DNA of 64,000 bases from Acidocella sp. (lineage in GTDB: Bacteria > Pseudomonadota > Alphaproteobacteria > Acetobacterales > Acetobacteraceae). The notes under the pieces are model-generated. The model was not told the DNA's origin and did no database searches. It saw only the letters and a list, made by a program, of their open reading frames with translations. The stretch spans positions 8,289 to 72,288 of the forward strand of contig DAIDJU010000189.1 in the NCBI GenBank assembly GCA_027451225.1, in the 5' to 3' direction. The translations under genes and the position numbers were made by a program. This document shows positions 10,523-21,128 of this stretch, one piece after another. Position 1 is the stretch's first letter. Each line of letters begins with the position of its first letter.

Positions 10523-11016
10523 CCCGCCCCTCCCATCTCGGGTGCCGCGGCAGCGTCACCGTCGAGTTCGCGCTGATCGCGACCTTCTTCCTTCTGCCCC
10601 TGTTTGGCGGCAGCGCGGACATGGTGGAGTACATCTCCGCCCGCGCCCAGCTCAACACCGCGCTGCAAGCCCTGTACTACTACGCCCTCACCAATCCCAC
10701 GGCGGGCACGAACAGCGCCAACACCGCGGCCGTCATGTCGCTGATGAGCAGCAAGCTGCATCCGCTTACCCTGGTCAGCTCCTCGGCCTCGTATAATTGC
10801 ATCGCCAATAGCGCCACCACGGTCACCTATGTCTCGCAATCCAGCACGGCAATCACCGCTTGTTCGGCAACGAGCAACTACACCGCCGCACAGCAGACAT
10901 TGCAGATCACAGTCACCTACACGGTGCGCACGTCCGTGCCATTCGTCATGCCGATGCCCTATCTGACCACCAATCCGCTGGTGATCACCCAGAGCGGCAC
11001 GGTTCAGGTGCAGTAG
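10504..11016 (+). CDS. TadE-like pseudopilin
   Basis: RGSVTVEFAL prepilin-like motif plus hydrophobic helix. Confidence 0.8.
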   Translation: MLKRRLARPSHLGCRGSVTVEFALIATFFLLPLFGGSADMVEYISARAQLNTALQALYYYALTNPTAGTNSANTAAVMSLMSSKLHPLTLVSSSASYNCIANSATTVTYVSQSSTAITACSATSNYTAAQQTLQITVTYTVRTSVPFVMPMPYLTTNPLVITQSGTVQVQ

Positions 11017-11032
11017 TAGTCGTTCCCCTGCT

Positions 11033-11046
11033 TTGCGCCAAATCAA
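11033..11046 (+). promoter_or_regulatory. Degenerate FNR-like box upstream of hypC
   Basis: TTGCG-CCAA-ATCAA, with TAAGAT -10-like hexamer at 11072-11077. Confidence 0.45.
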
Positions 11047-11098
11047 TGTTTTTCCCACCGCCGGACGCGAGTAAGATACGCATGGGGGTAGTGTAATC

Positions 11099-11329
11099 AT
11101 GTGTCTTGGTATTCCGATGCAGGTGGTGGCGATCGACGGCTTCAACGCCGAATGCGAGGCGCGGGGCGTCAAACGCACCGTCTCGCTGTTCATGATCGGC
11201 GAGAACGAGGTTGAGGTCGGCGATTACGTGATGGTCCATGTGGGCTACGCGCTGCGCAAGATGACACCCGAGGACGCCCGGCTGAGCTGGGAACTGTTCG
11301 ACGAAATCCTCGCGGCCGCCGGCGAATGA
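11099..11329 (+). CDS. hypC: Hydrogenase maturation chaperone HypC/HupF family
   Basis: MCLGIP N-terminus, GDYVMVHVGYA. Confidence 0.93.
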   Translation: MCLGIPMQVVAIDGFNAECEARGVKRTVSLFMIGENEVEVGDYVMVHVGYALRKMTPEDARLSWELFDEILAAAGE

Positions 11330-12426
11330 AAGAGGATTTCGCCGCCGCCAAGGGCTGGCTGGAGCGCATCAAAGAACTGCCCATCGAGCAGCCCGTGGCG
11401 GTGATGAATGTCTGCGGCGGGCATGAGCGCAGCCTGACGCAGCTCGGCCTGCGCGGCGTGCTGCCTGCCAACGTCAAGCTCATCCCCGGCCCCGGCTGCC
11501 CCGTCTGCGTCTGCCCCGAGGAAGATCTGGCCGACGCCATTGCCCTGGCGCTTACCGGCAAGGTCACGCTCGTCGCCTTTGGCGACATGCTGCGCGTGCC
11601 CATCAACGCCGCCAAGGGCGAGGTCCGCTCCTTGGCCGAGGCAAGGGCCAAAGGGGCGGATGTCCGCCCGATCAGCGCACCGCAGGAGGCCGTTTCCATC
11701 GCCGCCGCCGCTCCGGCCCGCCCGGTGGTGTTCTTCGCCGCCGGGTTCGAGACCACAACCGCCCCGGTGGCGGCCATGCTGGCCCAGGGCGTGCCGGAGA
11801 ACCTTTCCGTACTGCTCGCCGCGCGCCTCACCTGGCCGGCGGTGGACATGCTGCTGGCAAGCGGCGACGCGGCGCTGGACGCGCTGATCGCCCCCGGCCA
11901 TGTGGCGGCGGTCATGGGTGCTTCGGAATGGGGCTTCGTGGCCGAGCGTTATCATCTGCCCGTGGCGGTGGTCGGGTTCTCGGCCAATTCCCTGCTGGCG
12001 GCGTTGTATTCGGTGCTGCGGCAAAAGCTGGCGGGCAAGCCGTTCCTGGATAATTGCTACCCCGAGCTGGTCGCGCCCGAGGGCAATCAGCGCGCCCAAT
12101 CCCTGCTGGCCGAGGTGATGGAGGTGACGGACGCCAACTGGCGCGGCATCGGCGTCATCCCGCGCTCCGGCTTCTCCCTGCGCGGCGCCTGGAAGCGCTT
12201 TGATGCCCGCGCCCGCTTCGAGTTCTTCGCCCTGCCCCGCCGCCGCGCGGGCGAGATGCCCCCGGGCTGCGACTGCGCCGCCGTGGTGCTGGGCAAAAAA
12301 CAGCCGGACCAGTGCCGCCTGTTCGGCACCGCCTGCACGCCGCAAAATCCGGTGGGGCCGTGCATGGTCTCGGATGAAGGCGCCTGCCATATCTGGTGGC
12401 AGGGAGGCGTGCGGGCAGCGGCCTGA
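11326..12426 (+). CDS. hypD: Hydrogenase maturation protein HypD
   Basis: CGGH, GPGCPVC, PGHV, GPCMVSDEGAC. Confidence 0.95.
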   Translation: MKEDFAAAKGWLERIKELPIEQPVAVMNVCGGHERSLTQLGLRGVLPANVKLIPGPGCPVCVCPEEDLADAIALALTGKVTLVAFGDMLRVPINAAKGEVRSLAEARAKGADVRPISAPQEAVSIAAAAPARPVVFFAAGFETTTAPVAAMLAQGVPENLSVLLAARLTWPAVDMLLASGDAALDALIAPGHVAAVMGASEWGFVAERYHLPVAVVGFSANSLLAALYSVLRQKLAGKPFLDNCYPELVAPEGNQRAQSLLAEVMEVTDANWRGIGVIPRSGFSLRGAWKRFDARARFEFFALPRRRAGEMPPGCDCAAVVLGKKQPDQCRLFGTACTPQNPVGPCMVSDEGACHIWWQGGVRAAA

Positions 12427-12430
12427 CGCC

Positions 12431-14614
12431 TTGGCCTGCGAGCTGATCGAGCTGGGCGGCGTGGTGCAGGGGGTCGGGTTCCGCCCCTTCGTGTTCCGTC
12501 TGGCGCAACGGCTTGGCGTACAGGGATGGGTGCGCAACCGCGCGGGCGTAGTGGAGATCTGCGCCACCGCCGCGCCGGACGTATTGGAGAATTTCCGCAC
12601 CGCCCTGCTGGCCGAAGCCCCGCCCGCCGCCAGACCTGAACGCCGCACCGTTGCGCCGGGGGAGTTCACCGGCACCGGCTTCACCATTCAGGACAGCGCA
12701 TCGGGCGACGCCATCCAGGGCCTGCCGCCCGACCTCGCCCCCTGCCCGGACTGCCTGGCCGAGATGGCCGCCCCCGGACGCCGCCACCGCTACCCCTTCA
12801 TCAACTGCACCCAATGCGGGCCGCGCTACTCCATCATCCGCGCCCTGCCCTATGACCGCGCCAATACCGCGATGGCAGCCTTCCCCCTCTGCCCGGCCTG
12901 CGCGGCGGAGTATAAAAACCCGGCGGACAGGCGCTTCCACGCCGAGCCGGTGGCCTGCCCGGAATGTGGGCCGCGCCCGCGCTTCGGCGCGCTGGAGGGT
13001 GAAGCCGCCCTCACTGCCTGTCTCAAGGCCTTACGCGCGGGGCGGGTCGTCGCGGTGAAAGGCGTCGGCGGCTATCATCTGCTCTGCGATGCCGCGGACG
13101 AGACCGCCATAGCCCGACTGCGCGCCCGCAAGCACCGCCCCGCGAAACCCCTCGCCCTGCTGCTGCCCGAATCCCGCCTGGCCGATTACGTGGTGGCGAA
13201 TGAGACCGCCCTGGCCGCCCTGCGCGCCCCCGCCCGCCCGATCCTGCTGCTGCCCCAACGCCCCGGCCTGCCGGACGTCCTGGCCCCAGGCCTGAGCGAA
13301 CTTGGCGTGATGCTGCCGGATTCGCCGTTGCATCATCTGCTGGCCGAAGGTTTCGGCGCGGCATTGGTCGCCACCTCGGCCAACCGCTCCGGCGAGCCGA
13401 TGGTCACCACCGAGGCCCAGGCCGAGGCCGAACTGGCGGGCATCGCGGACGCCTTTTTGCACCATGACCGCGCCATAGAGCGCGCCGTGGACGATTCCGT
13501 GCTGCGGATCATCGACGGCGCGCCACGCATCCTTCGCGCCGGGCGGGGGCTGAGCCCCATCGAGATAAACCTGCCCTGCACGCTGGACCGCCCCGTGCTG
13601 GCGCTGGGCGGGCATATGAAATCCGCCATCACCTTGGCCTGGGGGGATAAGGCGGTGGTCTCGCCACATCTGGGCGAGTTGGACAGCGCCCCCGCCCAAG
13701 CCGGTTTTACGCGCATGGTGGCGGATATTCAGGCGCTTTACGGCGTGCGGGCGGAAGTGCTGCTGGCCGACGCGCATGAGGGCTATGCCAGCACACGCTG
13801 GGCCCGCGCCCAGGAGTTGCCGGTGGAGACAATCTGGCACCACCACGCCCATGCCAGCGCCGTAGCGGGCGAACATGGCATGGCGGAGCGTTTGGTCTTT
13901 ACTTGGGACGGCGTCGGCCTGGGGCCGGATGGCGCGCTCTGGGGCGGGGAGGTTCTGCTGGGCCGCCCCGGCCAATGGCGCGTGGCCGCAAGGCTGAGGC
14001 GGCTGCGCCTGCAAGGGGGTGACGCCGTCTCCCGCGCCCCCTGGCGCTCGGGTGCCGCCATGTGCTGGCAGGCGGGCATCGCCCCGCCCGAGGGGCTGGT
14101 GCCGGACGCCCTCGCCCAGACCGCCTGGATGCGCGGGCTGAATTGCCATGAAAGCGCCGCCGTGGGCCGGTTGTTCGATGGCGCGGCGGCTTTGCTCGGT
14201 CTGTGCCAGACCGCCAGCTATGAGGGCCAAGGCCCCGCGATGCTGGAAGCCCTGGCGGGAAAGCTGCCCGATGCAGCGCCTCTGCCGTTGCGGCTTGTCG
14301 ATGGCGTCTGGGAAGCCGATTGGGCCCCGCTGGTGCCGATGCTGCTGGACGCCACCCTGCCCCACCCCGAGCGCGCCGCGCGCTTCCACGCCGCGCTGGC
14401 GGCCACGGGGGCGGAAATGGCGCAATGTATTGGCGCAAATCTGGCCGGGCTGGCGGGCGGGGTGTTCCAGAACCGCCTCCTGACCGAAGCGCTGCTCGCC
14501 CGGTTGCGCGGTGCAGGGGTTACGGCGCATCTGGGGCGCGCAATTCCCTGCAACGATGCGGGCCTGAGCTTCGGCCAGGTGATTGAGTTTGGAGCACGGC
14601 AATGGATGAAATGA
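12431..14614 (+). CDS. hypF: Carbamoyltransferase HypF
   Basis: GVVQGVGFRP acylphosphatase domain, CxxC zinc fingers, KGVGGYH, HHHAH; TTG start inferred. Confidence 0.93.
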   Translation: MACELIELGGVVQGVGFRPFVFRLAQRLGVQGWVRNRAGVVEICATAAPDVLENFRTALLAEAPPAARPERRTVAPGEFTGTGFTIQDSASGDAIQGLPPDLAPCPDCLAEMAAPGRRHRYPFINCTQCGPRYSIIRALPYDRANTAMAAFPLCPACAAEYKNPADRRFHAEPVACPECGPRPRFGALEGEAALTACLKALRAGRVVAVKGVGGYHLLCDAADETAIARLRARKHRPAKPLALLLPESRLADYVVANETALAALRAPARPILLLPQRPGLPDVLAPGLSELGVMLPDSPLHHLLAEGFGAALVATSANRSGEPMVTTEAQAEAELAGIADAFLHHDRAIERAVDDSVLRIIDGAPRILRAGRGLSPIEINLPCTLDRPVLALGGHMKSAITLAWGDKAVVSPHLGELDSAPAQAGFTRMVADIQALYGVRAEVLLADAHEGYASTRWARAQELPVETIWHHHAHASAVAGEHGMAERLVFTWDGVGLGPDGALWGGEVLLGRPGQWRVAARLRRLRLQGGDAVSRAPWRSGAAMCWQAGIAPPEGLVPDALAQTAWMRGLNCHESAAVGRLFDGAAALLGLCQTASYEGQGPAMLEALAGKLPDAAPLPLRLVDGVWEADWAPLVPMLLDATLPHPERAARFHAALAATGAEMAQCIGANLAGLAGGVFQNRLLTEALLARLRGAGVTAHLGRAIPCNDAGLSFGQVIEFGARQWMK

Positions 14615-15597
14615 TTACCCTGGCCCACGGCAATGGCGGGCGGCGGATGCGCGCGCTGATCGAGGAAATTTTCGCCCCCGCCCTGGGCCGCCCGGATACT
14701 CAGGCCGACGCAGCCCCCATCGCCCTGCCGGAAGGCGAGATCATGGTCACCACCGATGGCTTCACCGTGCAGCCCGCGCGGTTTCCGGGCGGGGATATCG
14801 GGGCGCTGAGCGTGCATGGCGTGGTCAACGACCTCGCCGTCTCCGGCGCCACGCCGCTCTACCTCACCTTGGCGGCGCTGATCGAGGAAGGCACCTCCAT
14901 TGCACTGCTGCGCGAGTTGGTGGCCAGCCTGGGCAAGGCCGCGCGCGAGGCCGGGGTGCGTGTGGTGGCGGGCGACACCAAGGTATTGCCGCGCGGCCAG
15001 GGCGGCGGGGTGTATTTCACGCTCACGGGGCTAGGCGTGCGTACGCCCGGCTGCCCGCCGGGGCTGTCAGCCATTCGCCCCGGCGACAAGCTTCTGGTCA
15101 GCGGCCCGGTGGGTGATCATGGCATCGCGGTGATGCTGGCGCGGGAGGATTTCGGCCTGCGCGGCGATGTCCGCTCGGATGCGGCAACCGTGCTGCCCCT
15201 CACCCTCGCGCTGCTGCCGCTACCGGGGCTTCGCTTCATGCGCGACCCCACACGCGGCGGGCTGGCCACGGTGGCACATGAGATCGCCTTGGCCTTGAAG
15301 CTGGGGCTGGAACTTGAAGAAGCGGCCATTCCGGTGCGCGAGAGCACCCAGGCTGTATGCGCGATGCTGGGCTACGATCCGCTTTATCTGGCTTGCGAGG
15401 GCCGGGTGGTGGCGGTGCTGGCCCCGGAAGAGGCCGAAGCCGCGCTGGCCGCGTGGCAGGCCCTGCCTGGCGGGGCGGAGGCGGCGATCATCGGCACGAT
15501 TGGCGCGGCACCCGGCCCGGTGGTGCTGCGCACGCCGATCGGCGGCAGCCGCGTCCTGCCCGAGCTGGAAGAGGACGCGCTGCCCCGGATTTGCTAA
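14602..15597 (+). CDS. hypE: Hydrogenase maturation protein HypE
   Basis: LAHGNGG, TTDGF, RDPTRGG, terminal LPRIC. Confidence 0.95.
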   Translation: MDEMITLAHGNGGRRMRALIEEIFAPALGRPDTQADAAPIALPEGEIMVTTDGFTVQPARFPGGDIGALSVHGVVNDLAVSGATPLYLTLAALIEEGTSIALLRELVASLGKAAREAGVRVVAGDTKVLPRGQGGGVYFTLTGLGVRTPGCPPGLSAIRPGDKLLVSGPVGDHGIAVMLAREDFGLRGDVRSDAATVLPLTLALLPLPGLRFMRDPTRGGLATVAHEIALALKLGLELEEAAIPVRESTQAVCAMLGYDPLYLACEGRVVAVLAPEEAEAALAAWQALPGGAEAAIIGTIGAAPGPVVLRTPIGGSRVLPELEEDALPRIC

Positions 15598-16409
15598 GTC
15601 CCTTCGGAGAGCAACACCTTGGGCTTGGCCGTAGCACTTGCGGCGGTCACGCCCTGGCGCAGCCATTCCAACCACGCCTCCATCCCCTCGCCCGAGCGGG
15701 CCGAGAGGGTGAGGCACTCCATGCCCGGATGCACCTGCCGGGCAAAGCCCTGCGCGGTCTCCACCGAGAAATCGAGATAGGGGAGCAGATCCGCCTTGTT
15801 CAGCAGCATCAGGTCCGAGGCGTAGAACATGTCCGGGTATTTCAGCGGCTTGTCCTCGCCCTCGGTGGTGGAGAGCACCACCACCTTATGCGCCTCGCCA
15901 AGGTCGAACCCCGCCGGGCAGACGAGATTGCCGACATTCTCGATGAACAGCAGCCCGCCGCGCAAATCCGGCAGATGCTCCAGCGCATGGCCCACGCCGT
16001 GCGCGTCCAGATGGCAGCCCTTGCCGGTGTTGATCTGGTAGGCGGGCGCGCCGGTGGCGGCGATGCGGTCCGCATCCAGCCCGGTCTGCTGGTCGCCCTC
16101 GATCACGCCGATGGGGAATTCGCCTTTCAGCGCCTCGATGGTTTTCACCAGCAGCGTCGTCTTGCCCGAGCCGGGCGAGGAGACGAGGTTGATGACGAAA
16201 ATCCCCCGCCCGGCGAAGACGCGGCGATTGACATCGGCATGGCGCTGGTTGGCGGACATGATGTCCTGTTCCACCTGCACCATGCGGGTTTTGCTCAGGC
16301 CAGGAGCGTGGGCGTGTTCCGGCCCGTGATGATGGCCGTGATCGTGGTGATGATCATGTTCGTGGTCATGATCGTGGGAATGATCGCCGCAGCCGCAAAC
16401 GCCGCACAT
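15594..16409 (-). CDS. hypB: Ni-insertion GTPase HypB
   Basis: MCGVCGC, His-rich stretch, [26 protein letters not shown]. Confidence 0.95.
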   Translation of the reverse strand: MCGVCGCGDHSHDHDHEHDHHHDHGHHHGPEHAHAPGLSKTRMVQVEQDIMSANQRHADVNRRVFAGRGIFVINLVSSPGSGKTTLLVKTIEALKGEFPIGVIEGDQQTGLDADRIAATGAPAYQINTGKGCHLDAHGVGHALEHLPDLRGGLLFIENVGNLVCPAGFDLGEAHKVVVLSTTEGEDKPLKYPDMFYASDLMLLNKADLLPYLDFSVETAQGFARQVHPGMECLTLSARSGEGMEAWLEWLRQGVTAASATAKPKVLLSEGT

Positions 16410-16410
16410 G

Positions 16411-16752
16411 TTATGATACCTCCAGCTGCTTGACCCGCATCTGCTGGCCTTCGAGAATCTGTAATTGGTAGCTGCCGCAATTCGGGCAGCCATCGCCGTG
16501 GCGGCGCACCGCCACGCGGGTGGAACATTGCAGGCACCAAGCCTCGCCGTCCACCAGTTCGGTGACCAGCTCGGCGCCTTCGGCCAGCGTGCCGCGCGCC
16601 ACGATGGGGAAGTTGAACTTCATCGCCTCGGGCTCGATGGTCGCCAACGCACCGATCTCGAGCCACACCTTGTGCACCTTGCTGAAATGCTGTGCCGCGG
16701 CTTGGCTCTCGAGCGTCTGCACCAAGCCTTCACACAGCGACATTTCATGCAT
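16411..16752 (-). CDS. hypA: Ni metallochaperone HypA
   Basis: MHEMS N-terminus, two CxxC. Confidence 0.95.
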   Translation of the reverse strand: MHEMSLCEGLVQTLESQAAAQHFSKVHKVWLEIGALATIEPEAMKFNFPIVARGTLAEGAELVTELVDGEAWCLQCSTRVAVRRHGDGCPNCGSYQLQILEGQQMRVKQLEVS

Positions 16753-16921
16753 TCGACTCACCCAGGCGGATGAACTTGTCCTTCGTCGCCTCGCAGACCG
16801 GGCAGGTCCAGTCCTCGGGCAATGCCTCGAAGGCCGTGCCTGCCTCGACCTGCCAGACATCGTCGCCCTCGGCCGGGTCATACACATGCCAGCAGATGCG
16901 GCACTCCCAACGCTGGCTCAT
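16745..16921 (-). CDS. Rubredoxin, HoxR/HupI-like
   Basis: WECRICWHVYDP...LPEDWTCPVC. Confidence 0.92.
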   Translation of the reverse strand: MSQRWECRICWHVYDPAEGDDVWQVEAGTAFEALPEDWTCPVCEATKDKFIRLGESNA

Positions 16922-17697
16922 TGATACACGCCGCGCACGGCCCTGATGCGCTTGGCGGAATCGGCGATGTCGTCCAGCGCGGCGCAGGCCACGGCGGGGA
17001 TTTCGGCGATGTCCAGCGAGTTCAGGATGAGCTGGTTGGAGGCGTTGGAGAACTGCACCCACCATGTGGCGGCCAGATGCGTGGAGCGGATGCGGCAGGA
17101 GCCGTACCCGGCCGAGATGATGACGACATCGCCCTCGCCCAGCGTGCGCACCAGCCAGCTGAGATCGGCATCGGACATCGGCACGAGGTCGAGGTTGAAA
17201 TTATGCCGCTCACCCGTGGCGAGGAATTGCGCGCTGCGGGCGACGATCTCGGCCAGCACATGCGGGGCGTTGATCACGTCGTCCGGGATCGTCTCCGGGT
17301 CGGGCAGGTCCATCATCGGGGCGGCGGCGCGCTGGCGCAGCACCTGCGGCACATCGCCGACTTCCAGATAATCCACGCCCTCGCCACGCACGCGCCAGAG
17401 CCCGGCGAAGATGGTCTCCTCCACCTGCACATCCGGGCTGCCCATCGCCAGGGCCGAGACCTCGCCGGAGCCAAGCACGTCCTTGAGGAAACGCTGCGCC
17501 GCCGGGGAGGCCTCGAGCAGATCCAGCATTTGCGGCGCGCCGGGCTTGTAGGCGCTCAGCGCCCGCTCGATCCGCTCCAGCCAAATCTCACCGGCTTCGC
17601 GCAGCTCGGGATCATCGGGCAGCAACGGCGGGACATACTGCGTCACGCTGCTGGGCATGGGCAGATAGGCGGGGCCTTCTTCGTGCGTGGCGGACAT
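16918..17697 (-). CDS. Small-subunit maturation protein HyaF/HoxQ/HupH family
   Basis: NLDLVPMSDAD..LGEG..GYGSCRI..WWVQFSN; position in operon. Confidence 0.82.
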   Translation of the reverse strand: MSATHEEGPAYLPMPSSVTQYVPPLLPDDPELREAGEIWLERIERALSAYKPGAPQMLDLLEASPAAQRFLKDVLGSGEVSALAMGSPDVQVEETIFAGLWRVRGEGVDYLEVGDVPQVLRQRAAAPMMDLPDPETIPDDVINAPHVLAEIVARSAQFLATGERHNFNLDLVPMSDADLSWLVRTLGEGDVVIISAGYGSCRIRSTHLAATWWVQFSNASNQLILNSLDIAEIPAVACAALDDIADSAKRIRAVRGVYQ

Positions 17698-18083
17698 CAG
17701 GCGGCTTGCTCCGGCGTCATGATCTTGTTGAGTTCCTGGATATATTCCACCCAGTCGCGCATGCGGGGCAAGCTGAGCACCACCGCGCCGTCGCGCAGGA
17801 ACAGCAGGGTTGGGCGTACGCTGACCCTGAAGCGCACGGCAAGTTTTTTCTCCACATCGGGATTGATGACGCCGACACGGAAGCGGTTGGGAAACTCCTT
17901 CAGCAGCTCGGGCAACACCACGGCGAGATCGTCGATCTCGGGGTAGCGGGTGACATTGCCGGTGAAGAACAGGGCGGTGAGACCTTCGGCGGCGAAGGCG
18001 TCGACATCGTCCTGCTTCAGCTCGCTAATGCCAGGCATTTGCAACAGGCGGCGCAGAGAGGGTGAAAGCGTATCGGTATTCAT
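17697..18083 (-). CDS. Thioredoxin-like HyaE/HoxO/HupG
   Basis: RYPEIDDLAVVLPEL, PTLLFLRDG; ATGA overlap with upstream protease. Confidence 0.85.
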   Translation of the reverse strand: MNTDTLSPSLRRLLQMPGISELKQDDVDAFAAEGLTALFFTGNVTRYPEIDDLAVVLPELLKEFPNRFRVGVINPDVEKKLAVRFRVSVRPTLLFLRDGAVVLSLPRMRDWVEYIQELNKIMTPEQAA

Positions 18084-18640
18084 GCGAGACAACCTGATTC
18101 GTAATTTTCCAGCGCCACGGAATCCGGCCCCAGCGAGGCGGCGTCATCCCGCGCCGTGCGCGAGCGCGGTTCCACGCCAAAGCGCTTGAGATAGGCAAGG
18201 GTTTCGGCCAGCGCCGCGTCGATTTGCGCACGCACGGGCGCGGTGACGCTGCCGCCGTAATTCTCCAGATCCAGCGGCTGCACGCCGATGAGCCGGATAT
18301 GCAGCGGCAGCGTGTCCTTCAGCCGCGCGAGGCCCAACACGTCCACCATGCTGGTCTGGTGCAGGCTCATCTTCTTGGCGGTCAGGCATTGCGGCACGTC
18401 GTCATCGTCCACCAGCACCAGCTCGCCGGGTTCGCGCCCGAAATCCACCGCGTCCAGAATGATCAGCACATCCGTGTCCTCGACCAGCGGCAGCAGGGCC
18501 AAGCCCTGCGTGCCGCCATCGACGAGCTTCACGTTCTCGGGGAACACGTGGCGCGCATGCAGGGTTTCCACGGCGCGCACGCCGAAGCCCTCATCCGCCC
18601 AGAGGATATTGCCAACCCCGAGAATGGTGATGTTTTTCAT
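18080..18640 (-). CDS. hyaD: Hydrogenase maturation endopeptidase HyaD/HupD/HoxM
   Basis: ILGVGNILWADEGFG, VDGGTQG, SLHQ. Confidence 0.93.
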   Translation of the reverse strand: MKNITILGVGNILWADEGFGVRAVETLHARHVFPENVKLVDGGTQGLALLPLVEDTDVLIILDAVDFGREPGELVLVDDDDVPQCLTAKKMSLHQTSMVDVLGLARLKDTLPLHIRLIGVQPLDLENYGGSVTAPVRAQIDAALAETLAYLKRFGVEPRSRTARDDAASLGPDSVALENYESGCLA

Positions 18641-19338
18641 GACGATTTGCCATCCTTGAAGTAGCGCCAGCCGCTGATCATCGTGCTCACCATGGTCTGG
18701 CGGGACATCACGTCCTCGCGGATAACCAGATAGATATGCGCGATGACGAAGAGCAGGATGTACCACATGGCCAGATGATGCCAGGTGTGAACCTCCATGC
18801 TGCCGCCAAGCAGCGGGATCACCCAGGAGGTGAACAGCGTATGCGCCCAGCCGCCCGCACCCTCGCCATACAGCGCGAAGCCGGTGACGAGCTGGAAGAT
18901 CACGCCAAGCACGAAGACCGCGAAGATGGCCAGCTGCGCCACGGGGTTATGCCCGACCTCGCGCATCGGCTCGCTCTTCTGGAAGCCGTACCAGCGCAGT
19001 GTCTGGAACAGCTCGTGCCACCAGGATTTGCGCCACACCGCCAGGATAAAAATCTCCCTGGCGTAACGGTTGCCCACCAGCGCCCAATAGACGCGCAACA
19101 GAAAGCCGATGCCCAGGATATACGCGGCGGTGAAATGGATGAAGCGGATGTCACCCATGATGTAGTGGTGGAACGGCTCGCCCGCGATGAGCGGCCAGGC
19201 CGGGTTGCCGATGAGATAGCCGGTGGCGGCAAGGATGATGATGCAAGGCGCCGTCACCCAGTGCCAGAGCCGCACGGGAAGCTCATAGACATAGACGGGG
19301 GCATGCACCTCCGCTGTGTTGGTGTCGGGCGCGCTCAT
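18637..19338 (-). CDS. hyaC: Hydrogenase b-type cytochrome subunit
   Basis: PVRLWHW, RFIHF, GHNP, HTWHHL, HIY. Confidence 0.93.
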   Translation of the reverse strand: MSAPDTNTAEVHAPVYVYELPVRLWHWVTAPCIIILAATGYLIGNPAWPLIAGEPFHHYIMGDIRFIHFTAAYILGIGFLLRVYWALVGNRYAREIFILAVWRKSWWHELFQTLRWYGFQKSEPMREVGHNPVAQLAIFAVFVLGVIFQLVTGFALYGEGAGGWAHTLFTSWVIPLLGGSMEVHTWHHLAMWYILLFVIAHIYLVIREDVMSRQTMVSTMISGWRYFKDGKSS

Positions 19339-19340
19339 GG

Positions 19341-21128
19341 TCAGCGCACCTGCACGCGGACCAGCTCGCCGCCGTCCGGTGCCATCACATGGGTGGAGCA
19401 CGCCAGGCACGGGTCGAAGCTGTGCAGCGTGCGCAGGATTTCGAGCGGCTGGTTGGGGTTGGCCAGCGGCGTGCCGAGCAGCGAGGCCTCGAACGCGCCG
19501 ACATTGCCGGCCGGGTCCCGCGGGGAGCCGTTCCAGGTGGTGGGCACCACGGCCTGGTAGGACTCGATCTTCGCGTCCTTGATGTGCAGCCAATGGCCGA
19601 GCGCGCCGCGCGGGGCCTCGGCGAAGCCAACGCCCTTGACCTCGGACGGCCAGGTGCTCGGCTCCCAATTATCGGTGTTGGCGGTGGAGCTGTCGCCCGC
19701 CGCGATGGTGGCGATCAGGTGGTTGTAGCAATCCTTCAGCTTGTGCGCGGCCCAGCTGGCTTCCAGCGCGCGCGCAGCCGTGCGGCCCAGCGTGGTGAAC
19801 AGCGCGTTGAACGGCAGGCCGAGATCGGTGAGGAGCTTGTCCACCGGGTCCTTGAACTCGGCATTGCCCTGGGCGTAGCCAAGGGTGAAGCGCGAGAGCG
19901 GGCCGACCTCCATGGCTTGGCCGCGCCAGCGGGCGGCCTTGATGTAGGAGTATTTCGCCCCTTCATCGAGCTGCTGGATGTTGGTCTTGGTGCCGATCGT
20001 GTTGGGGCCAAGCTCAAAATTCGGCTCGGTGAGCCCCTCCCACGGGTGCAGGCCCTTCGACTCATCCGGGTATTTGTACCAGGAGTGATCGACGAATTCC
20101 TGCACCTGATCCGGGTCGGTGAGATCGACCGGCAGAATTTCGTTGAGATTGCCGTTGATGATAGCGCCGCGCGGGATCATCAGGTTGGTATAATCGTTGG
20201 CGTGGAGCGGGAACTCACCGTAGGAGATGATGTTCTTGCCCGCCAGGCCCTGGCCGTAATCCCAGTTCTTGTAGAAGCTGGCGATGGCCTTCACATCGGG
20301 GACATAGACCTGATCGACGAACTCGATGGTGCGGGAGATGATGTCCGCCACCAGATTGAGTTGGACGACATTGACCGGCGCGCCGGCGCCCATCTCGGCA
20401 TCCATGTTGATGGCGCAGGCCATGCCGCCCACCAGCCAGTTCGGGTGCGGGTTCTTGCCGCCGAACACGGTGTGGATCTTCACAACCTCGCGCTGGAAAT
20501 CAAGCGCTTCGAGATAATGCGCCGTGGCCATCAGATTAGCCTCGGGCGGCAGCAGATAGGCCGGGTTGCCCCAATAGCCGTTCATGAACGGGCCGAGCTG
20601 GCCGGAATCCACAAAGCGCTGCAGGCGGGCCTGAACATCCGAGAAATAGCCCGGCGAGGATTTGGCCCAGGGCGAGATGGACTGCGCCAGCGCGCTGGTC
20701 GCCTTCGGGTCGGCCTTCAGCGCGGAAATCACATCCACCCAGTCCAGCGCGTGCAGATGGTAGAAATGCACGAGATGGTCATGAATCCACAGCGTGAGCT
20801 GCATCATGTTGCGGATGGTGTTGGCATTCTCGGGGATCTTGATGCCCAGCGCGTTTTCCACCGCGCGCACCGAGGTGAGCGCGTGCGTGCCGGTACACAC
20901 GCCGCAGATGCGTTCGCAGAACGCCCAGGCGTCGCGCGGGTCGCGGCCCTTGAGGATGATCTCCAGCCCGCGCCACATGGTGCCGGTGGAAACCGCGTTG
21001 CGGATGATGTTGTTGCTGTCGAGGTTCACCTCGCAGCGCATATGGCCTTCGATGCGCGTAACCGGGTCCACCACCATGCGGCGGCCGGAATTGTCGAGCG
21101 TGAAACCGTTCGGCGTCTGCACGGTCAT
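19341..21128 (-). CDS. hyaB: [NiFe] uptake hydrogenase large subunit (HupL/HoxG/HyaB)
   Basis: [11 protein letters not shown]1 ERICGVC, L2 [11 protein letters not shown]. Confidence 0.97.
   Translation of the reverse strand: MTVQTPNGFTLDNSGRRMVVDPVTRIEGHMRCEVNLDSNNIIRNAVSTGTMWRGLEIILKGRDPRDAWAFCERICGVCTGTHALTSVRAVENALGIKIPENANTIRNMMQLTLWIHDHLVHFYHLHALDWVDVISALKADPKATSALAQSISPWAKSSPGYFSDVQARLQRFVDSGQLGPFMNGYWGNPAYLLPPEANLMATAHYLEALDFQREVVKIHTVFGGKNPHPNWLVGGMACAINMDAEMGAGAPVNVVQLNLVADIISRTIEFVDQVYVPDVKAIASFYKNWDYGQGLAGKNIISYGEFPLHANDYTNLMIPRGAIINGNLNEILPVDLTDPDQVQEFVDHSWYKYPDESKGLHPWEGLTEPNFELGPNTIGTKTNIQQLDEGAKYSYIKAARWRGQAMEVGPLSRFTLGYAQGNAEFKDPVDKLLTDLGLPFNALFTTLGRTAARALEASWAAHKLKDCYNHLIATIAAGDSSTANTDNWEPSTWPSEVKGVGFAEAPRGALGHWLHIKDAKIESYQAVVPTTWNGSPRDPAGNVGAFEASLLGTPLANPNQPLEILRTLHSFDPCLACSTHVMAPDGGELVRVQVR

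Noticed and set aside
7467-11098. Integrative island at tRNA-Leu (or tRNA-Ser at 41828)
   Set aside because: No integrase and no duplicated tRNA 3' end noticed in the window
12200-12430. hypD-hypF frameshift or fusion
   Set aside because: hypD ends normally at 12426; the upstream part of the ORF-track call is off-frame overlap and a TTG at 12431 fits
19390-19420. Selenocysteine ([NiFeSe]) hydrogenase
   Set aside because: L2 motif DPCLAC uses TGC codons; no in-frame TGA
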